Shown one piece after another: positions 59,388-64,000 of a stretch of DNA of 64,000 nucleotides (the stretch's first letter is position 1; the number at the start of each line of letters is the position of its first letter). The notes beneath the pieces were generated by a model that worked only from the letters and a program-made list of their open reading frames with translations, was not told where the DNA came from and made no database searches. The translations under genes and the position numbers were made by a program. The stretch comes from Tepidisphaera sp. (lineage in GTDB: Bacteria > Planctomycetota > Phycisphaerae > Phycisphaerales > UBA1924), in contig CP051526.1 in the NCBI GenBank assembly GCA_050916045.1, forward strand, positions 3,264,001-3,328,000. Direction: 5' to 3'.

Positions 59388-60122
59388 TCAGGGTTCATCA
59401 CCGCCGTGATGATCCACCGCATGTGGCGGGACTCGGCCGCGTTTGTCCGACAGGATGCGGTGGATCTCCTCCCATGACACCGGCTTGTAGCCGTGCGCAT
59501 CGACGCCGACGTCCATGGACAGCGCCGAGGGAATCGTCCGCTCCCGCCAGGCTTCGAGGTTGCCGTGCGAGTGGCCGTAGAGGTGGTAGACGCCTTTGTG
59601 GCTGGCTTGCCAGACGACGTGGGCGTAGTGGCTGAGGTAGACGCGTTGCATGCGCTTGAGCTCGCGCGTGCCGAGGCGTACCTTCGCCATCTCGCGCTGC
59701 ACCTCATCCTCGGTCAGCGACTCGCCCTCGGCAGGCTCGTAGACCATCACCGCTTCGTAGCATGCTTCGAAAAGCGGTCGCAGCACCTCGCGGTCGTCGT
59801 GGTTGCCCCACACGATCCGGACGTCCTTGCAGCGGATCCGCTCGCGGAACTCCAAAGCCCGCTCCGGCGTCGTGCGGACCGTGAAATCGCCGAGGATCCA
59901 AAGCCGGTCCTTCTTCCCGACGCGCTCGTTGATGTTGTCGATGAGGGCGTCGTTCATCCGCTGGATAGATGCCCGCGACGGCTTGTACGTGATCGCTTCG
60001 CGGCGGCCCCCCCACCGCTCCTGATCGGCGGCTTCCTCGGGCGAAAGGAAGATCCTCCTGCCCGGGGAGTACCAGAGGATGTTGGGGTGGTCGAGATGAA
60101 GGTCCGCGGTGAAGAAATCCAC
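59388..60122 (-). CDS. Calcineurin-like metallophosphoesterase (phage-associated type)
   Basis: ADLH..H, LGDF, GNHD, LSHY, GHSHG, DVGVD. Confidence 0.85.
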   Translation of the reverse strand: MDFFTADLHLDHPNILWYSPGRRIFLSPEEAADQERWGGRREAITYKPSRASIQRMNDALIDNINERVGKKDRLWILGDFTVRTTPERALEFRERIRCKDVRIVWGNHDDREVLRPLFEACYEAVMVYEPAEGESLTEDEVQREMAKVRLGTRELKRMQRVYLSHYAHVVWQASHKGVYHLYGHSHGNLEAWRERTIPSALSMDVGVDAHGYKPVSWEEIHRILSDKRGRVPPHAVDHHGGDEP

Positions 60123-60237
60123 GGAGCGATCCTAGAAGGCCGCGAAGGCGGTCGAAAAACGGGTGAGGGCACCGGGCCGAGCGTGTGTGAGTCGCCCGTC
60201 CCGATGCCCTCCGGAGTGTTTCGGCTGCGTCGTTCGC

Positions 60238-60513
60238 TTATTCCTCGTTCTGCTGGTTGTTCTGCTTCTCAAGAAGCTTGCGGAGGTACTCGTTCTCTCG
60301 ACGCGTCGCTTCGAGGTCGAACACCAGGTACTTGATCGAAAGCCGGAGGTAGTCGAGGGACTCCTGCAGGTCGGCGATCGTCTTCTTCATGGTCTCGTGG
60401 CGGGTCTTGGTCTCAGAGGCAAGCTGCTCAAGGGGGGCTCGCTCGCCCTCCGGGAGCGTGTTGATCTGGTTCACAAGGTCGCTGAGTTTGCTCTGGAATT
60501 CCTGCTCGTTCAT
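60238..60513 (-). CDS. Small coiled-coil hypothetical protein
   Basis: GAGGAG SD; LQESLDYLRLSIKYLVFDLEATRRENEYLR heptads. Confidence 0.8.
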   Translation of the reverse strand: MNEQEFQSKLSDLVNQINTLPEGERAPLEQLASETKTRHETMKKTIADLQESLDYLRLSIKYLVFDLEATRRENEYLRKLLEKQNNQQNEE

Positions 60514-60730
60514 CTCTTGCTCTCCTCGTCTCTGGTGTTGTCCCGCGTGCGGCCCCGAGCCAGTGCGGACGAGAAGAGAGATTCAAACGGCGGGCCACTC
60601 GCGAACGCGCATGCCAAGCCGCGGTGTTCCGAGAATGTGCCCCGCAGCGCAACGCCGGCACGGCGCGGCTCCGCGTGTCGCGTGGCCGACCGATCGGAGG
60701 AGTGTGGGCGGTTCCGGGTGTCGCGTGCGT

Positions 60731-61333
60731 TCAACGCATCGCGTGGGCTTTTTGCAACGCCTGTTTCGCCACGGGCGCAGCCGCCGCTTCGATCTTCGCC
60801 AGGGCCGCCGGGTCGGCCCGGCGGAGGTCGGAGGTCACCCGCCGGAGGTGGGTGAAGACATTGGTCCGGAAACGCTGGAAGTGCTCCTCCAACTCATGCC
60901 GGTTGAACGACGAGAGCGGATCGCGGAGACCCGTCTGCGCGGTGGCCCAGTCCAGAAGCGAAGACCCCGACCCGGTGTACTTGAACAGGCCCAAGGTGGC
61001 TTCGACGCGCTTGGGGAGGCTGACGAACGGGTCCGTCACGCTTTCCGGCAGGCCGGCGAGCGAGTCCGCCAGATTCTTGAGGTCGAACTGCTGGAGGATG
61101 TTGTCGTCGGACTTGGGCTCCGCGAACGCCGAAGCACCCCCCGGAGCAGAGGATCTAAGATCCGCATACAGGGTGGTCAAGGTCTTGAGGCCACCCCGGT
61201 CGAATCGAATGCTGAGCCGCTGGCAGCGTTTGCCCTCTTGAAGGTGGCTTTCCGCGGTGAGGACCTGGCCGACCCCCCATTCCGGTTTCGCGGTGTGAAT
61301 GACCCAGTCCCCGTTCTTGTACTCTTGCGTCAT
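60731..61333 (-). CDS. DUF3553-domain protein
   Basis: GDWVIH..KPEWGVGQV..RF..G.KT; DPLS.FNRHELE. Confidence 0.75.
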   Translation of the reverse strand: MTQEYKNGDWVIHTAKPEWGVGQVLTAESHLQEGKRCQRLSIRFDRGGLKTLTTLYADLRSSAPGGASAFAEPKSDDNILQQFDLKNLADSLAGLPESVTDPFVSLPKRVEATLGLFKYTGSGSSLLDWATAQTGLRDPLSSFNRHELEEHFQRFRTNVFTHLRRVTSDLRRADPAALAKIEAAAAPVAKQALQKAHAMR

Positions 61334-61584
61334 GCGTATGGGCCCCGCGACCATCGAAAGCGTTGGTCGGCTTGTGCATCAAACCCGTACCTCAGCGGCT
61401 TGGATGCCGGAAACCCGGGCGGGAAGCTCCGGGCGGAGGCTGCGGGGTTGGACACGTGGGGTGCGAGCGGCTGCCGAAAGTCGGCGCGTTGCCCTGCACC
61501 CCTCTTGATCCATATTATCCCTGCTCGCCCGGACGGTTCCATCGAACTTCCCGACCGCCCGGTCGACACCTGGAAACTTGCTCC

Positions 61585-61827
61585 ATGATCGAAGCCCTCA
61601 AGAGTGATGAAATCGTCGACAAGGTCGGCGGACGGTTCAAGCTCTGCGCCCTGATTCAGCGGCGCCTGGTCCAGCTCATGGATGGCGCTCGGCCGCTCGT
61701 CGACCGCGAAGGCCGTACGGACCTCGAGATCGTGATCGAGGAGATCCTTCAGGACAAGATCACCCTCGACTTTGACCCTGCTTCGCTGCTGAAGGCTCCG
61801 AGCGAGCATGGCGGGTACGAGGACTGA
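61585..61827 (+). CDS. rpoZ: RNA polymerase omega subunit
   Basis: KVGGRFKL..LIQRR, EI..EEI..KI; adjacent to a coa gene. Confidence 0.85.
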   Translation: MIEALKSDEIVDKVGGRFKLCALIQRRLVQLMDGARPLVDREGRTDLEIVIEEILQDKITLDFDPASLLKAPSEHGGYED

Positions 61828-61858
61828 GTCTCCGGCGCTGCCGCTTTCTGGAAAGCCG

Positions 61859-62443
61859 ATGGTCATCGATCCTGCGGATGCTGGCGCGGTGCGGGGGAAG
61901 AAGATTCTCCTGGGCGTCACCGGCGGGATCGCCGCGTACAAAGCGTGCACCCTGGCTTCGCGCCTCGCTCAGAGCGGCGCGGTCGTCACCGTCGTCATGA
62001 CGCATGGCGCGACCAAGTTCGTCGCTCCGCTCACCTTCCAGGCTCTGTCCGGCAGGCCGGTGTACACCTCGATGTGGGAGCACATCGAAAGCCACGACCC
62101 GCAGCACATCTCGCTCGCCACCGCGACCGACCTGGCGATCATCGCTCCGTGCACCATGGACTTCGCGGCCAAGCTCGCGACGGGCCGGGCGGATGATGCT
62201 CTTTCGCTGATCCTGTCGGCGATCGACCGCCGCAAGACGCCGGTGCTCCTTGCTCCGTCGATGAACGCGGCGATGTGGGACCAGCCGGCGACGCAGCGGA
62301 ACCTGGCAACGCTGAAGGGCGACGGGTTCGAGTTCGTGGGCCCCGAAGCCGGATGGCAAGCCTGCCGGACGGTGGGCACGGGCCGGATGTCGGAGCCGGA
62401 AGCGATCCTCGCGGCGATCGCGGAGCGGCTTGGGAAGGCCTAG
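61859..62443 (+). CDS. coaC: Phosphopantothenoylcysteine decarboxylase (stand-alone CoaC)
   Basis: LGVTGGIAAYK, HI.LA, PSMN..MW, ACR..G.GRM; no CoaB domain; start 61859 or 61808. Confidence 0.85.
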   Translation: MVIDPADAGAVRGKKILLGVTGGIAAYKACTLASRLAQSGAVVTVVMTHGATKFVAPLTFQALSGRPVYTSMWEHIESHDPQHISLATATDLAIIAPCTMDFAAKLATGRADDALSLILSAIDRRKTPVLLAPSMNAAMWDQPATQRNLATLKGDGFEFVGPEAGWQACRTVGTGRMSEPEAILAAIAERLGKA

Positions 62444-62608
62444 GGGCGGGTTTCCGCGGAATGGTGTGGCGAGGGCGCGAGAATTGCGGCTCCGCGAACG
62501 GAAACGTGGGTTTTGTGCGGGGAGTTGACCGGGCGACCAAGCCCCACAACGATTGCTGCTTGTTCAGCGGCGAGGACCCCGAGCGATCGGGGAAACCGGA
62601 CCGAGCAC

Positions 62609-62697
62609 GGAGAGGTGCCAGAGCGGCTGAACGGACTGGTTTCGAAAACCAGCAGTGGGTTTATTCTCACTCGGGGGTTCGAATCCCCCCCTCTCCG
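62609..62697 (+). tRNA. tRNA-Ser(CGA)
   Basis: GGAGAGG/CCTCTCC-G acceptor, CTGGT-TTCGAAA-ACCAG anticodon arm, long variable arm, GGTTCGAATCC. Confidence 0.95.
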
Positions 62698-62703
62698 CTT
62701 CTG

Positions 62704-62743
62704 CGGGAGACCCACTCACGGTGGGTCTCCCGCGATCGTTTTT
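62704..62743 (+). terminator. Terminator after tRNA-Ser
   Basis: GCGGGAGACCCAC/GTGGGTCTCCCGC 13-bp stem, then ATCGTTTTT. Confidence 0.7.
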
Positions 62744-62841
62744 CGCGCTGTGAATCTCGTCCATCCCAGTGCCGATCCAGGAATCCACCGGTCGGATCAA
62801 TCGCCCGATCCGGTCGAAGCCGGGCCGGATTCGAGAACCTC

Positions 62842-63435
62842 GTGAACTCACCCCTTGATAAACCTCGAAGCCTGCCCGAGCCCTTGTGCGGGGCTCCGGC
62901 TCTGTTCACGCTCGAGACTCACGACGGTCGTCTGATCATCAAGCCCGAAGGCCGTGTCTCGCGAGCGCCGCTTGTCGCCGCGGTGCTTTTGGCGGCTTGC
63001 GCATGTGTCCAAGTTTGGCTTCAGGGCTCCGTCGTCCTGACACGTGCAGGCTTTGGCGCTTCGACGATCATCGTCTTGCTGCTTGCCTGCGGTTGCGTCA
63101 CGTCGGTCTGCGTCTGGGCGTTCCGACGGTCGCAGCAGGACCACGCCATCCGAAGCGGGGCTCGCATCGAGGTTTGTCTTGAGGACGGCTGGGTGTGTGG
63201 CCGCGCCGATCAGGATCGAAAGCCGATCAGCTCGCCACCCACGTTCGCCGTCGGTGAGAGGCGGATCGGCGGCTCGCATGGCCTTGATCAGGTTCAGGCA
63301 GAGGTCACGCTTGAAATCAAGCTCGAGGAGGGGCGGTGGGCGGTGCTTCTTCAGGAACCTTGGCCGGGCTCAAACATCAAGCATCTCGCGCGACGCCTGA
63401 TGAGCGTGCCGCGAGCGATCCTGATCGCGAAATGA
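62842..63435 (+). CDS. Hypothetical membrane protein (start uncertain)
   Basis: Two hydrophobic helices followed by a beta-rich region; atypical codon usage. Confidence 0.45.
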   Translation: MNSPLDKPRSLPEPLCGAPALFTLETHDGRLIIKPEGRVSRAPLVAAVLLAACACVQVWLQGSVVLTRAGFGASTIIVLLLACGCVTSVCVWAFRRSQQDHAIRSGARIEVCLEDGWVCGRADQDRKPISSPPTFAVGERRIGGSHGLDQVQAEVTLEIKLEEGRWAVLLQEPWPGSNIKHLARRLMSVPRAILIAK

Positions 63436-63459
63436 TCTCGGCCCGCCACCGTCACGTAC

Positions 63460-63503
63460 AAAAACGAAAGCCGCCCGCGGGTTCGCGCCCGGGGCGGCTT
63501 TCG
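63460..63503 (-). terminator. Intrinsic terminator (possibly bidirectional)
   Basis: CGAAAGCCGCC/GGCGGCTTTCG stem with TTTTT on the minus strand. Confidence 0.7.
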
Positions 63504-63524
63504 CTCTTGGAGGGGAGCCGGATC

Positions 63525-63596
63525 TCAGCAGCCTGTTTCGAAGGCGCTGACGTCATCGGATTAATCAAAGAAGTCCACGAATTCGTCGCCGTTCAT
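63525..63596 (-). pseudogene. Remnant C-terminus of a GC-type dockerin domain-anchored protein
   Basis: Translates MNGDEFVDFFD*SDDVSAFETGC*; matches DFNGDGFVDFFDY..F..AFE.GC with the Tyr codon turned to TAA. Confidence 0.7.
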
Positions 63597-63641
63597 GTGG
63601 GATTCCGACCCATCTTCCGCGAACCGGGACTCGGCCGAGCC

Positions 63642-64000
63642 TTAAGCGGCGGGCGGCACTTTCAGGCCCGCGGCTTTCGCGGCGCGGCGGAACCCTTCGA
63701 GGAACTTCTTCTGCTGGCCGCTGGCGGGAAAGGGCATGCGCTCGTCGATGACGGGCAGTTTGGCGGCGCGGAGAGCCTCGAACGACGTGTCGTAGACGCT
63801 TGACTTGATGAGCGCGATGTGCTTGGGAGCAAGCTCGCGGCAGCGCTCGACCAGGCCGGGGACATGCGGGCGGAGGTCACTGACAGTGGGCTCGGAGATC
63901 GAGTCCTGATGCAGGTCGATCATGAAGACGCCCGCTTTCTGAAGCCCGGCGAGGTGGTCGGGCTTGCGAGCGCGGTCGGGTTTGTCGCCGAACACTCCCT
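63642..64000 (-). CDS. Hypothetical protein, possibly UDG-superfamily-like (runs off right edge)
   Basis: GVFMIDL, P.HIALIK..VY, MPFPASGQQKKF; only the C-terminal part is visible. Confidence 0.55.
   Translation of the reverse strand, partial: GVFGDKPDRARKPDHLAGLQKAGVFMIDLHQDSISEPTVSDLRPHVPGLVERCRELAPKHIALIKSSVYDTSFEALRAAKLPVIDERMPFPASGQQKKFLEGFRRAAKAAGLKVPPAA

Noticed and set aside
61808..62443. EpiD-like RiPP decarboxylase
   Set aside because: rpoZ context and CoaC substrate-clamp motif; no precursor or modification genes

Overview
A 64-kb, high-GC chromosomal segment from a Planctomycetota bacterium, most likely Phycisphaerales. The assignment is inferred from PEP-CTERM proteins, a prepilin/DUF1559-type protein, a GC-type dockerin remnant, membrane TPR kinases and split CoaBC. 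The window is a mosaic of housekeeping genes (rnpB, tRNA-Leu(TAA), tRNA-Ser(CGA), trmL, purN, sdhCAB, tsaC/sua5, gpmI, gcvH, cmk, nagB, atpC, rpoZ, coaC) and lineage-specific envelope, signalling and carbohydrate genes. No CRISPR array, integrase, transposase or prophage was seen. The most notable signals are non-coding. First, at least 13 genes have a TANNNT -10 hexamer 5-8 nt before the start codon and no Shine-Dalgarno (SD), suggesting widespread leaderless mRNAs. Second, three separate loci share a CGG(T)CT..CCTCC anti-SD tract directly before an intrinsic terminator, one of them apparently a free-standing ~60-nt transcript, which points to a candidate anti-SD sRNA family. Also seen are an enlarged RNase P RNA, a dockerin pseudogene remnant, several probable pseudo-enzymes and a small accessory block with an ankyrin-inserted acyltransferase. 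Product calls come from motif recognition by eye; no database searches were run.
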